DNA of 64,000 bases from Zootoca vivipara (lineage: Eukaryota). Numbering within the stretch: the first letter of the stretch is position 1; each line of letters opens with the position of its first letter. Under the pieces are notes generated by a model, which had not been told where the DNA came from, searched no databases, and saw only the letters and a program-made list of their open reading frames with translations. Shown here piece after piece: positions 35,012 through 47,935 of the stretch. The position numbers and the translations under genes were made by a program. The stretch is from positions 35,278,001 through 35,342,000 of the forward strand of contig NC_083279.1 of the NCBI RefSeq assembly GCF_963506605.1, given 5' to 3'.

Positions 35012-36773
35012 AAACACCAAACGATGGTTACAAAAGATGCCAGTCCCCTTTCAAATCCTATACTCGTACAGCTCAAAATGAGAACCTAAATAAAGTTTAG
35101 AATCGTACCTTGTAAAACATTTAAACACTCAATTATGATTGTCGTTTGCTCTTATGATTGAGAGCTCCCTTTTTTGGTGTGGTGGGGAGTTTGTATGAAA
35201 GCACAGAAGCTGGCAACTAACATGATGTAATTGAAAGCACTGGGCTTAATGCTAGACAGTTCAGAATGTGATGGGGAGAAATGTTCTCGGCTTGGACAGA
35301 GAAAAGAAGACAATATCTAAAGCCAAAACATTTTCTTACTGCCCAGACAATGACTCCCCAGATGATTCTGCCTTTGATATGTGAGTTACATGTTTTAGAA
35401 ACTCAGTAAATCTGGTTGGTATATAAATGTTGCTCCCTGCACTGAGATGCATGATAGATGGGCTGCTGCTGCATTATTTCTCAAATGGCTCTAGCTCCAC
35501 CAAGCCATGGAACACTTTGGCCCATGCTCAACCATGTTGAACAATGGATTTTATGTCAAGCTGTATTCTGAGAACTGAGTATAGTTCCATGTTTCACACT
35601 TTAGTGTCCTGCTGACAGTTCTGCCTGTATTTTAGCGTGACACAATTTTGTTGCAGGTTGTAGATAGGGCTAACAGGCTATGATCTGGTTGGCTTCAATT
35701 TTCCTAACTCACCCCCAGAGCTCAAGTGTTTTTGAGGGCAGGGGTGGAAAGGTGGCTCAGCTTGTTCCACCTGTGTGCCTCCCACATATATACCACAACC
35801 CCATGCCATACAGTCTCATGAGTTTCCATTTTTAATTCTGGAATTTTCTGCTGTGGCCTACCCCAGCCCTCTTCCCTATTATTTTTAATATGAACCAGCC
35901 CGAAAAAGGTCCTACAAAGGCTGCTGGCTGCTTTGTAGCTTCTTGAATTGTCCTAATAAATATATTGTGTCCCATCAATGTGTTGATTTTTAAAAATTAT
36001 TCTACAGACCAATGTGGCTGGAAATATCTCATAAATGGATAAATTCACTTTAAAAGTTTATTATTCTGGTTTATTTAATTTGCAAAATAATGTGTTTTTT
36101 TTCTTCCCTGAATCAATTTCTTATAAAAGTTCATCTTTGATAGGCAAAATAGGTAGTTGATTTAACTGTTCTTGGTGTGTGTGTGTGTGTGCGCGCGCTT
36201 GTGTAAGAGAGAGAGAAGTAGCACTTAATCACATAGGCTTTTAAATAGGCATTGTTCTGTTCACCTTTTTTGGAAGATGCTGTTGCAAGAAACAAATATT
36301 TTCTTCTTGTTTTCAAGCCTTTTTCTCTTTACTCGACGTGTTTGGACAAACTTGAACAGTGAGCGACAGAAGTCGATCATGGAGATCACATTTGCACAGA
36401 GTCTACGTGTGGCAAAAATGTAACATTTAAGCAGAAACCACATGGCTTCTAAGCCTAAATTTCATTTTTTAAAACATGTTTCAAGCTTTCACCTTTCTCA
36501 CATAGGTGTGGAAAGCATGGAGACAGAACAGCCTTGTCTGCAAATATGGTCACTCGCAACACTGAGCCCTATGCGTTTTTCCAAACCAGCCAACTGTCCA
36601 TTGGTATTTGTTTTCAAAACCATAGAGCCTCTGTTCTTTAGAAAATCACGTTGTTTAGGCTTTTAAAAGCTGGACAGAAGCCACTCCTGGCAATGATGCT
36701 GAGATAATTTAACAAACTGTAAATAAATTACTCTTGTTTGTTTAGAAAGATTCCAGAGTAAAAAAAGAAATAA

Positions 36774-36970
36774 AAAAATTCCTTCAGTAGCACCTTAAAG
36801 ACCAACTAAGTTTTTATTTTGGTATGAGCTTTCGTGTGCATCTGATGAAGTGTGCATGCACACGAAAGCTCATACCAAAATAAAAACTTAGTTGGTCTTT
36901 AAGATGCTACTGAAGGATTTTTTTAATTTTGTTTCGACTCAGACCAACACGGCTACCTACCTGTAACTAA
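36774..36970. mobile_element. Penelope-like element, inverted pLTR pair with hammerhead motif
   Basis: ~65-bp near-perfect inverted repeat (36774-36841 / 36856-36925) enclosing CTGATGA-A-GTGTGCATGCACAC-GAAA-GCTC. Confidence 0.7.
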
Positions 36971-37797
36971 AAAAAGAAAGAAAGAGAAAAATGGACTCTC
37001 CTCAAACAAGGTATATTTTCAGCATTTTGTTTCTTCTCCCACAATGCGGGATGAATTCTGTCTTAAGGAAGCTGCTATTTCCCCCTCTACAAAAGACAAT
37101 GATAGACAATGTGGTGGTGTTGGGAGCAAGGGAGTTTGGAGGCAAAGACCAACATTCAAGGTCTCCATTTCCCCCCTCCCCTGAAGCTATGGCTACTGCT
37201 CCAAAGTTAAATCAGACCTTTGAGTTCATACAGGAATGTTCGCCTTGCATTCCACACGCTGAGCCATTTTTATCGTGGGGGCTCAGGAATGTGTTTCCTT
37301 TGACTTTTTTAGTGTCTTGGTGGTGGGAAAAGGGGTATAATTCTGGGATTTTTATAAGCAACAGTGCCAGGAATTGTTGCATGATCTTGAAACAGAACAT
37401 CTTGTGACACAGTTCAGTCTGTCAGGCAAGCATCCTCTGCCATATGGCTTTGTTTAATTAAAATGTACATAGCTGTTGTTGTTTCTGTTTGTTTTAGTCA
37501 TCTAGTTTGAAGTTTCATTGTCTTGTCAAAAAGTAGACTTCCATTATTGGCTTCCTCAATTTTTTGTGACCTATTAATTCAAGAAGTAGTTACCTAACAA
37601 GCATTTTGTGGAAACAAATGTTGAAGTCAAGCTTATCTGAAAGAATGACAAGGAATGCTTTTTTGTTGTGTTGTACAATTATCTCCAGCTATCCTGGGGG
37701 GATTTATGTTCAGGATGACTCGTGTTATGTATCTCTTTGTAACAAGAATGTTTCTCAAACTTTTCAAATGTGGCGATAGTGAGGAGGCTTAAATTTA

Positions 37798-38018
37798 CAG
37801 TGGTACTTCGGGTTACGTGTTTTCAGGTTGCGGACCGCGGGAAACACGGAAGTACCGGAAAGGGTTAATTCTGGATTTCGCCACATGTGCAGAAGCGCAA
37901 AATCACGCTTTGTGCATGCGCAGAAGCGCAAAATCGGGTCACGCATGCAGGTTATGAACGCTGCGGGTTGTGGACGTGCCTCCGTCATGGATAACGTCTG
38001 CAACCCGAGGTTCCACTG
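37798..38018. mobile_element. Tc1/mariner(pogo)-type MITE
   Basis: TA-flanked CAGTGGTACTTCGGGTT...AACCCGAGGTTCCACTG. Confidence 0.8.
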
Positions 38019-39182
38019 TAGTCTTATTTTAAAATCCTGCCCCTCAAACCAGCAGGTAAATTTGTGGAGATTCTTGTGTGCAGTGACATGCATCTTGCCA
38101 GAGAGACATTAAAGATTTATTTTATGAGACATGTTATACCCTTCCACTTTCCTACCTGGTAACAGGATCCACCTGGCTGAAATACATGGAAGAATATAGC
38201 TCAGTAGTAACAGAGCATTTCTTAAGCACAATCATCAATATGCCCAGTTAAAACAGGCCTTGGAACCTCTCTCTGCTGCAAATCAGAGCTGGCTCCATTG
38301 AAGCAGTGGGTGTCTGCACTGACTGAATTAAGGTAGCTCCATATATTCATATAAAACTTACTTACCAGCATGTTATGGGATTTTGCGACATTACTCTCTA
38401 GCTATAAAAGTTACATTGTTTATGCAATGCTTGTGTTGGTAAATTTGGAAATAAATAAATAAATGTTAGTTTAATTTAACACTTTGATATTGTTACTGTC
38501 CGTTTGCTTGTGGGCCAACAAGAAGCTGTGTGAACTGATAAGGGCCTGATGCTATTTGCTCAACAAATCAAGTCATTTCTATCCTGCTTCTCTTTCACAC
38601 ATTATATACACCAGGAGATTCAGCTTTGTCACATTGAAGATTGTGGCCAGTTCCAACTCTCCAAAAACATGTGTATCATATAGGTGCACTCATAAAAGGC
38701 CTGTTTGTTGTATTTACACTTTTAGACTGTGTTCAGCCAATCAGTATTGTGGTAGGAAGAATTACTTCTGTCCAGCTAGATGATGTAATCGGGAAGGGAC
38801 GGCTTTGTGTTTTGTTAGTTGTACTAAGGCATGAGAACAAGTTAGACCTGTTTCAGCTTTCTTAGTGCTACTAATATAATGTGGGAAGAGGTCCTTAGGA
38901 TAGTAGGTAAATAAATACTTCTAGAAATAAATAAATTTATAGGTCATACTAAGTTCCCTATGATTTTCTAGCCAGGCTTTTGGTGCCACTAAGTCTACTT
39001 CAGAAAGTATGTACAGACACATTACCATACCTTCTGTTGTGCATAAAATTTTGGTTTAAATATAGCTATCCCTTAAATATAAAAGGATAGACATTCTCAT
39101 TTGGGAGAAGCTCATGGCCAGGAGGAATATGAACATTGGTTGCACATCGAACAATAATTTGCCTTCCTACCACATACACGTA

Positions 39183-39891
39183 GGACACGAGTGACGCTGT
39201 GGTCTAAAGTTAACCACAGAGCCGAGGGCTTGCCAATCAGAAGGTCGGCGGTTCAAATCCCCACAACGGGGTGAGCTCCCGTTCCTCGATCCAAACTGCC
39301 CACCTAGCAGTTCAAAACCTCGTCAAAGTGCAAGTACAGTGGAACCTCGGTTTATGAACATCTCGGTTTACGAATTTTCGGTTTACGAACGCCGCGGACC
39401 CATATGGCATGGATTAATTCACTTTCCATTACTTTCAATGGGAAAGTTCGCTTCAGTTTATAAACGGTTCAGTTTATGAACAGACTTCCGGAACCAATTA
39501 CACCCATGTTCGGGTTAAGTACGCTTCAGGTTGAGTACTCCGCGGACCCATTTGGAATGGATTAATCCACTTTCCATTACTTTCAATGGGAAAGTTCGCT
39601 TCAGTTTATGAACGCTTCAGTTTATGAACAGACTTCTGGAACCAATTGTGTTCATAAACGGAGGTACCACTGTAGATAAATAGGTACCATTCTGGCGGGA
39701 AGGTAAACAGCGTTTCCGTGCGGTGCTCTGGTTCGCCAAAAGCGGCTTAGTCATGCTGGCCACATGACCTGGAAGCTGTCTGCGGACAAACGCCGGCTCC
39801 CTTGGCCTATAGAGTGAGATGAGTGTGCAACCGCAGAGTCGTCTGCGACTGGACCTAATGGTCAGGGGTACCTTTACCTTTACCTTTTACC
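39183..39891 (+). mobile_element. Sauria SINE interrupted by a MITE
   Basis: Colinear with 28706-29054 on both sides of 39337-39672; (ACCTTT)n tail. Confidence 0.85.
39337..39672. mobile_element. Tc1/mariner(pogo)-type MITE with internal duplication
   Basis: CAGTGGAACCTCG...CGAGGTACCACTG, inserted at the TA of CAAGTA|GATAAA with TA duplicated. Confidence 0.85.
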
Positions 39892-41125
39892 TCATACACA
39901 CCTAATGCATAAACCACCAGCAACTTGAAAATTCATCTGCAGGACCCACTAGGTTATAATTTACTACTTAAGAATCCCTAGTGTCTCAGGACAGAGTATG
40001 AGACACAGGACTGAAAAGAGGGATTTCATGGGAAATCCATTTCAAAAATCACAAATGCCCTTTTTCTCAATGGTATTGAAGCACTACAGATCCTTCAATG
40101 GGGGTTGCGTGTTGACCGACTTACATTTTTATGTACATTGGAAGAAAAGTTTCCTAGGTGGAGCGGAAGTGGTGTGATGATTAGAATGGGCAGTGTTTGC
40201 TTTGTTGTGATTGATAGCTCAATACTATCTGCTGCTATACTTTAGAAGTTACTAAAAATGTTGGGGGGCCTTTTTGGTTTAAAGGAGAATTCCCACTTAT
40301 GCTGAGGTTCCATCCTGGCCGCTGTGCTTGTTAGCAGGATGCATGGAAGTCCATTCTTACTTGTTCTGCCTCGCCCCATTCCGCCCCCTTTCAGAGCTGA
40401 AAATGGTGCGCCTATCAACAGTCGCACACATGCTTTGCTTACAAAGGCACGGTTACCTATTATTATTTATTTGCAGTACAGGAGATATTCACCGAATTCT
40501 AGTGCTGTTATTTATTTGGATAGTTGTGAGGGATGATACGCTCTTGGTTTTCACAGAACTGCTTTCAAAGTTAGGAAAAGAGGCTCACTTTGCTAATTTA
40601 TTCACATAAGTGGCTGATTCCTTGAAATGAACAATGGTGCTAAGCAAATAAATTTACTACTTAGAATTTAGTTTGAACATTGGCTCAGACATGCATTTCT
40701 GATAAATGATTCTGTCCAGGAGAGAAATCTGAGAATATTGGCAACACTGCATGTTTTTCTAAGTGGGAAGGACATCCCTAAGGTACAGATGCAGCTGGCT
40801 TGAGAAAAAAGGAAAAGAACCAGAGGAAGTTGGTTGTGCCTTTTAAAATGGATATTGATGTTTCAGCAAATACATTCCTGTTTCATGCAGTACTTTGGGT
40901 ACTGCATGGTTTTGAGTGGGAAGAAGCATAATTCTAAAAGAGAGAGAGAGAGAGGGGGGGGGGAGAAGGAGGTTATTTAGTATCTACTCAGAGTAAATAA
41001 GAGTCCTAGTAAATGACTGTCTAATCCAGCACCCTGTATCAATCACATGACAAGTGCAGAAATGTAAAGATAATAGCCCTTGCCCACTGTTGTTTCCCAG
41101 TGACTAGTATTTAGGGGCATACTTG

Positions 41126-41280
41126 TTAGTAGCATATCATTTGTGAATTTGACTGATTTCCTTTTAAAGCCCTCTGGGTTGGTATTGTCGCCTCCTCTTG
41201 TTGCAGTGAGTTCCATAGTTGAAGCATGAGCTTCCTTTTGTCTGTCTTGCCTCTCACACAATTAAGCAACATTGGATGAC
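41126..41280 (-). mobile_element. CR1-like LINE 3' fragment
   Basis: - strand QGHPM.L..GR..TDKRK...QLWNSLQQE, the C-terminus of a CR1-type ORF2. Confidence 0.55.
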
Positions 41281-41456
41281 CCTGGGTTCTTCGGTTATGA
41301 GAGAAGGAGAAACACTGCCCACACCATGTAGAAACCTTTGTCCTGTCCCGTCTTGCCATTTTTGGGTAAGCTAAAAAGCAAACCTTCCCTCATAGAGAAA
41401 TTGCACCCTCATCTTTTTGATTGCACTTTCCTGAGCATTTTCCAGCTCTGTGGCAT

Positions 41457-41530
41457 TCTTCTTCTTCTTCTTCTTCTTCTTCTTCTTCTTCTTCTTCTTC
41501 TTCTTCTTCTTCTTCTTCTTCTTCTTCTTC
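41457..41530. repeat. (CTT)n microsatellite
   Basis: Direct inspection. Other microsatellites: (CA)n ~12076-12102, (TCTA)n 12191-12234, (TG)n 34863-34892, (AC)n 34967-35010, (GA)n 43625-43672, (TTTC)n 49587-49634, (ATT)n 63572-63612. Confidence 0.95.
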
Positions 41531-42464
41531 TGTAAATGTCTTTCACCTTAATCCATCTGTTGTTTCATTATACAAAATGGGCAACAGCAGAAAACATTAA
41601 ATTGGGACCGACGAGGGACTCAAGACTCCACTGGAGTTAATTGTTAAAATGCAAAGTTTAACTTTACTGCTTTGTGTTTGTGTGCATACACACATATACA
41701 CATGGAGGAATGTATTCTGAAGGTAGGTGACTGTGACTTTGCCTTCCCTAACTCCTTTAGTCAGTCTGTAATATCTGTAATCTAATTCTCTGCACTCCTT
41801 TGGTGCTTTTGATCTGAAACGAAGGCCATGAATTATGTTTAAAATACCCCTCATGGAGCATGAAATCCAGTAACTTATTGCTCAGGGTTGGCATGTTTTC
41901 AAATAACTCTGCTTGGGGCCAGTAATACACAATAACCTTGAGTTTAAGGTGAACTCCTAAATAAATTACAGCATAGCCAGTCAAGGAAATAAAAAACAGT
42001 CCCCATTTCTCCACAACCTAGCATATTTTGTAACTATTAACACCTGTAAATGCTTATGTATTTTTCAGAGATCTGTAAAATACCCCCATTTTGTGACCTG
42101 TGTGTGTGCGTGTTTAAAGCATAGCTTGAAAATAGTAGGTTTTGTTGTTTTCTTTAAATAGTCTCCCTGGTTTGTGTTTGGCACTGAAGACTGTGGGAGG
42201 CAAGACTCATGACAGTTCAAGCAGATTTCATCCAGGCTGTTTCTTGCATTCTGCATGTTTATCATGGTAGGTTCATTTTTAGATGAGTTTTAATAATGCA
42301 CCTTTCATGTGCCTCTGTGAGAAGTTGATCTTTTAGTGCGGCAGCGCCTATGCTTTGAAAGGCCTCGCCTAACAGCATCAGGCAGGAACCCTCTGTGTTT
42401 AAATGCCTGTAACCTTGCTTACAGGGTTGTTGTGAAGCTAAAAATCTCTGTTAGCTCCTTAGAG

Positions 42465-42670
42465 CAGAGCTTTCCATACTGTGTGTCGCGACACGTTATT
42501 GTATCAGCTGCAATGTGTAGGTATGTTTCGTGAACCCTCCCCACACTCCTCCCGGAGCTGGAAAGGTATTAGTGTAACCTCCAGTTTGCTAGTAAAACTG
42601 AATTGCTGTGTCGCGAAATGATGCATGTCTAAAAAGTGTGTTACGAACATGAAAAGTTTGGAAAGCTCTG
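42465..42670. mobile_element. hAT MITE
   Basis: TIR CAGAGCTTTCCA / TGGAAAGCTCTG; TSD CCTTAGAG / CCTCAGAG (7/8). Confidence 0.8.
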
Positions 42671-43624
42671 CCTCAGAGGAATGGTGGGTTTAAAATAATG
42701 TGTGGAGGATAGGTCTTTATCTTCTTTTTAAGGCATGATAGAAATGCAGTCATATTCTTTAGTCATATTCTGAGCCAGCGACTTAGTTGGGTGCCATTCT
42801 ACGATTTATTTGCATCTTTTGATTAGAAGACTTTTAGAAAGCACTTAAGTGCATTCTGTATGGTGCCTTGGCCTGGTTTGCACAACACAGTAAGCCGAAC
42901 AATGGCTTATCAGGACCATGCAAATGTTGTGGGCTCACAGAGAAGCGCTTGCAGCCACTTTGGGCGTCTCTGGTGAGCTAAGTCAGGGTTTGGCTTAACA
43001 TGTAACCCAAGCTCAGGACTCAAGGTCAAGCTTAGTCCTCACTAACCACAAGCTGTAGCCCAAAACAAGCCTTGAGTCCTGCTTTGAATAACACACTAAG
43101 CCAAACTTTGGTTTAGCCCAGTGTGAAGCTAGGACAAAAAGAACCACAAAATCCTGTCCAGGACCCTGCATGTTTATGTGGCCACAGTAGGCCATAGTTT
43201 GCAGCAGGCCAACTTTTGGAAACTTGAGTTCAGCCATTTGTTAACCAGCGTTGTTAAACATAACAAGAAAACTTCATGGGACTGACAGTCCGCATCACAG
43301 TTTGAGATCCCACCAATGTAATAATAATAATAATTGTTAGGGACTTTCCCAGTTGTACTCCTCAGTCTTGCTAGTCCAGACTTTACTCAGCCACCTTCAA
43401 TTGAGCTGTTGTTCTATGTGAAAGGTCATTTCTGTCAAGTGAGCTAGTTTAATGTGGCCACTCCTAGATTCTGACAAGTTGTTTTTATAAGGAGATGCCT
43501 TAAATGTAATTAACATTCAGCTGTTCTTAATGAAAAAAAATCTACTCTTGTTTTTACTTTTTGAGAAAATTGCTTGTTTTCAAGCCAATGCAGAAGAATG
43601 ACTGCTTTAGGCATATATATATTT

Positions 43625-43659
<35 letters not shown>

Positions 43660-44346
43660 GAGAGAGAGAGAGGATTTTTATATTTATTCCTGGTGGTATA
43701 CCCCATTGAAGCAAATGGGGCTTACTTCTGAGTAGTCCACATAAGACTGCACTGTTTGTGCATTTAACACTGTGTTTTTTAAAGTGGCCTGTGCCAAACC
43801 AAATATTTGCATTACATTAGCCTTTAGGATAAAATCCTCTACTGTAGCACTTTTGTGTTAGCTTGTTAGTCCCTTTTCTTTTGTAGAAATCTGAGTAATA
43901 ATATTTTCCTGCTCCAAGCACGTCTTTAGATTAATGCGATGCATATTTCCCTTCCATGTTTAGACTACTACAGGAATAATGTTCTAAAGTATCACCAAAC
44001 AGACAAGGTTCGTATTTGTAAAGCACGTAAACTGTTTATGTGTTGGCTGCTAGGGCTTTTCCTACGAGCATTGCTAGTTGTACTGCATTTGGTGAGAAAA
44101 AAAATCCTTTTAAACTCAATGTTTCATCTGCCATATAGATAGAAAAAAGATCCATGTATATGTGCAGAGCTCTGTGCCAGTGGATGCTGTGGGAAAAACA
44201 GCCTTCATAACATAAGGCTTACAGAAACAGAAGGCTCGTCTTTAACATATGAACATCCAGTTTAAACAAAACCGCAAACCATGGTTTGCTATTAAAGGTA
44301 CTGTATAAGCCTATGCAGACCTTGGGCTTGTATGTTCCCTCTAACC

Positions 44347-44481
44347 CAGGCATCCCCAAACTTCGGCCCTCCAGATGTTTTGGACTACAATTCCCATCAT
44401 CCATGACCACTGGTCCTCTTAGTAGGGATCATGGGAGTTGTAGGCCAAAACATCTGGAGGGCCGCAGTTTGGGGATGCCTG
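44347..44481. mobile_element. ~135-bp hAT MITE (same family as 19259-19394)
   Basis: CAGGCATCCCCAAACT / AGTTTGGGGATGCCTG; TSD CTCTAACC. Confidence 0.9.
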
Positions 44482-46280
44482 CTCTAACCCATCTCCTGTT
44501 CATGGACACCAAAAGCTTCCTATTTTGCTTTTGAACTAACCGCAGTTTCCCTTTGTTCACGGTACTGTGGCTTGCTTTAAACATGCATATTTAATAAATT
44601 TGTATATCAGGTTGTGGATGAGAGGTCCGGAAGGTGGCAGCACAAGAACAGGCCTTTTCTGCAGTGGCTCCCTGCCCCCCCCCCAGGACGTTCTGCTGGC
44701 GCCTTCATTATACACCTTTGGGGACCAGGCAACACCACTCCTCTTCAACCAGGCCTTTGGCTGATTGACAGCCAATGCCCTTTAAAAATGTGTTGTGGAA
44801 GTGGGGATTATTGGGTTCTCTTTGCTTTTGTTTTTATTATGTATTCTATGTTTTTTCTGTTATGATTTTATGTTGTGAACTACCCTGAGATCTACAGATA
44901 TAGGGCGGTATACAAATTTAATAAGTGAACAAACAAACAAATAAAAATGCTCCTATTACAAAAGGAAGCTTTTTCTGGTGTCAGTAACAAGCGTTTAACA
45001 GGTACACCCGGGGAGTTCCATCCACAGCATGTTAAATGCTAGTCCAGTGTTCATCCACATCAACTTTCTGAATATAATATAGTGTAAGATATGAAAAGTT
45101 ACTTTGTCAATGAAATATGTTGCATAGCCAGAACTGGAGAGCCAAGGGCCCATCCATATCTCAAATATGTACTAGCAGGAGCACATTGATGAAATGTTAG
45201 TTTTTTCAGCAAACATGGTGGAGTGGTTGTCTTCTGTTCTTCCAAGTGAAGATGCCTTGGGTTGGTTAGATCACCCAGTGCCTTATAAATTCGCAAGGAA
45301 ACCAAATTAATGTGCTCTTAACCTTGTATATAATTGAGGAGTTTCATCCATTAGTTTCTAATCTAGTTAATTGTCATGAAGAAGAAAAAGAAAGTGTCCT
45401 GTTTCTGGATGGAGTAGAATAAAGGGCTTCAGTGTAACACTACACCACTATAGAGGATTCATGTTACCAATTAATAACTCAGCAATAGAAAGAAGCTTTG
45501 GCTTCTTTCATAGAAACGGGTGCAACTGAATGTCTGGGTCATATGTTTCTGAGAAATTTTGGGGAAAAAATTGCTCTCTAATGCCTGTTCCCCCAGAGGA
45601 GTTTTTAATCTGAACTTTTGTTTACAACCATGTTTATATTTAAAGGTACCTTTCTTCCCCCATGGCTATTCAGCATCCTTTCCTCCTGAAATAATTTATT
45701 ATACCTTTAGTTCATGCTTTGCATGATATCAGAAGGGCTGTGCATGAAGAACTCCTGATCACCCTTTCAAAATCAGTCCTCTGCATTGCCAAGAAACAAA
45801 CTTAAGAGAATGGTTGCCCATTCTTGAAAGAAAACATCAGCAGCACTGTATATGTTCAGTTGGCCAATATCTATGTAAATTCTAAGAGTGTTTAGTTAGT
45901 TCTACTGCATTGCTGTAACAACTATAACAATAAATGGAGCCGCTACATATAAAATTCTGCAACCTTTTTCTTTGGGTAGAGATCAAGTGTTGGGCAGCCA
46001 CTGTTAGCTTGTGGTTGCACGTACACACATACAACAAACGAGTAGGGATGAAATGGTTTCTCCCTTTGGAAATAAATAAATAATGTTGGAAGGACCCTGA
46101 GGCAATGCAGGAATATGCTGCTGTCCCTTACAGGGCTCGAACCTGCAACCTTGGCATTACCAACACCATGCTCTTACTGTTAAAGTCTAGCCAGCTGAGC
46201 TATACCTATCTCTGGCTTTTCATACTGCTTTAAAACTTGTTTTAGCTGCTTTTATGGCATGTGCTTTTATGGCTTTTTAT

Positions 46281-46596
46281 GACGCGGGTGGTGCTGTGGG
46301 TTAAACCACAGGGCCTAGGGCTTGCCGATCAGAAGGTCAGTGGTTCGAATCCCCACAACGGGGTGAGCTCCCGTTGCTCGGTCCCAGCTCCTGCCAACCT
46401 TGCAGTTCGAAAGCATGTCAAAGTGCAAGTAGAAAAATAGGTACCGCTACTCTGGTTAGCTAGAAGTGGCTTAGTCATGCTGGCCACATGACCCAGAAGC
46501 TGTACACTGGCTCCCTCGGCCAATAAAGCGAGATGAGCACCGCAACCCCAGAGTTGTCTGCAACTGGACCTAATGGTCAGGGGGCCCTTTACCTTT
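46281..46596 (+). mobile_element. Sauria SINE (internal deletion)
   Basis: Colinear with 28706-29054. Confidence 0.85.
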
Positions 46597-47689
46597 ATGC
46601 CATGTGCATCATTTTTGAGATGAATGTAAAAAGTTATTCATAAATTATAGTAATGTAATGTAAAAAGTTATTCTTAAATTATAGTAATCTGAAATGTCCA
46701 AAAGTCAGTGTCGGGAGGCATGGTAGAGTCTCTAGAATGTTTTCATACTACGAACAACATATTATAACTTAGGGCGTGAATTGCAAACAGCTGCTTCTGT
46801 CTGCCAGACAAGCTCCAGCAAGCCCCGAGCACTGTGAAACACCATGTAGTGCAAAGAGCTGTCTCCCCTCACTCCCGGACTGGAACAGAAGCGGAGAGCT
46901 ACAGCTCTTAAGATGTGAGGAATTGTGGTTTCCCCCATCAGTTAAGGATCGTTGCTTGACTGGGGCCTCTACAGGCAGTGTGGAACTGGGCAGAGAAATT
47001 TTGGATTGTGGCCCTGGCTTCTCATTAAAAAAAATGAATGGGACACAACTGAGGTGGGGGTTTATTGGGGGGGGTAGATTTATACACACACCCCATTTAA
47101 TTCCAGCACTTTTTCAAAATGGTCAGCTGAACAAAATCTTTCTCAGTTGTCAAAAATTACCACCATGGTAGAATCCAAATGTTTTCCTTTTTCTGACAAA
47201 AGGCCAGGCACCTTTTTGAATCCAGAGTCTGAAGTCTTATAACATGTGAAAAATTCAGAAGCAAACTTACTAATATAAGCTTTTCGATTCAGCATTTGAA
47301 TCTTTGGTGGGAAGGGGGCAAATATTTGATCAAGCATGCTTTCCACGTTCCTTTATATGAAAAGTTATAATCGTTTTCACAGTGTCAGTTGCAGTGTCTA
47401 AAACGTAGTGACTAGCTTAAAACAAAACAAAACAAAAAAGATAGTTAGCCATCATATATTTCTTGTTTCATATCTGAACTTCAGGAATAAATGACTAAGC
47501 ATTGCATAGTCCTGAAATCTTGATGCCTGTGAGGTCTGTGTAGTTTCATATAGCCTCCGGTACGAATTCGTACTCTGCCGCTAATTAAAACTGCATTATT
47601 TCCCTAACGTTTGATCCCTGAAGCGCATGCCATTCTTACACTTAACCTTTTATTTGAGAATGTGAAAAAGGAAAAACATCTTTCCTCTC

Positions 47690-47935
47690 CGAAAAAGCCC
47701 TTATCCTTCTTGGTAGTGGCGCCCGCCCTGTGTAACGCCCTCCCAACCGATGTCAAGGAAATAATCTGACTTTTAGAAGACATCTGAAGGCAGCCCTGTT
47801 TAGGGAAGTTTTTAATGTTTGGTGTTTTATTGTGTTTTTAATATTTTTGTTGGAAGGCGCCCAGAGTGACTGGGGAAACCCAGCCAGATGGGCGGAATAT
47901 AAACAATAAATTATTATTATTATTATTTATTTATT
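47690..47935 (+). mobile_element. LINE (L2-like) 3' end
   Basis: TTTAGAAGACATCTGAAGGCAGCCCTGTTTAGGGAAG... followed by an (ATT)n tail; reverse copy at 63770-64000. Confidence 0.6.

Noticed and set aside
36240-36445. Possible alternative SHROOM2 first exon
   Set aside because: An ATG in fair context is present, but there is no convincing donor or homology.
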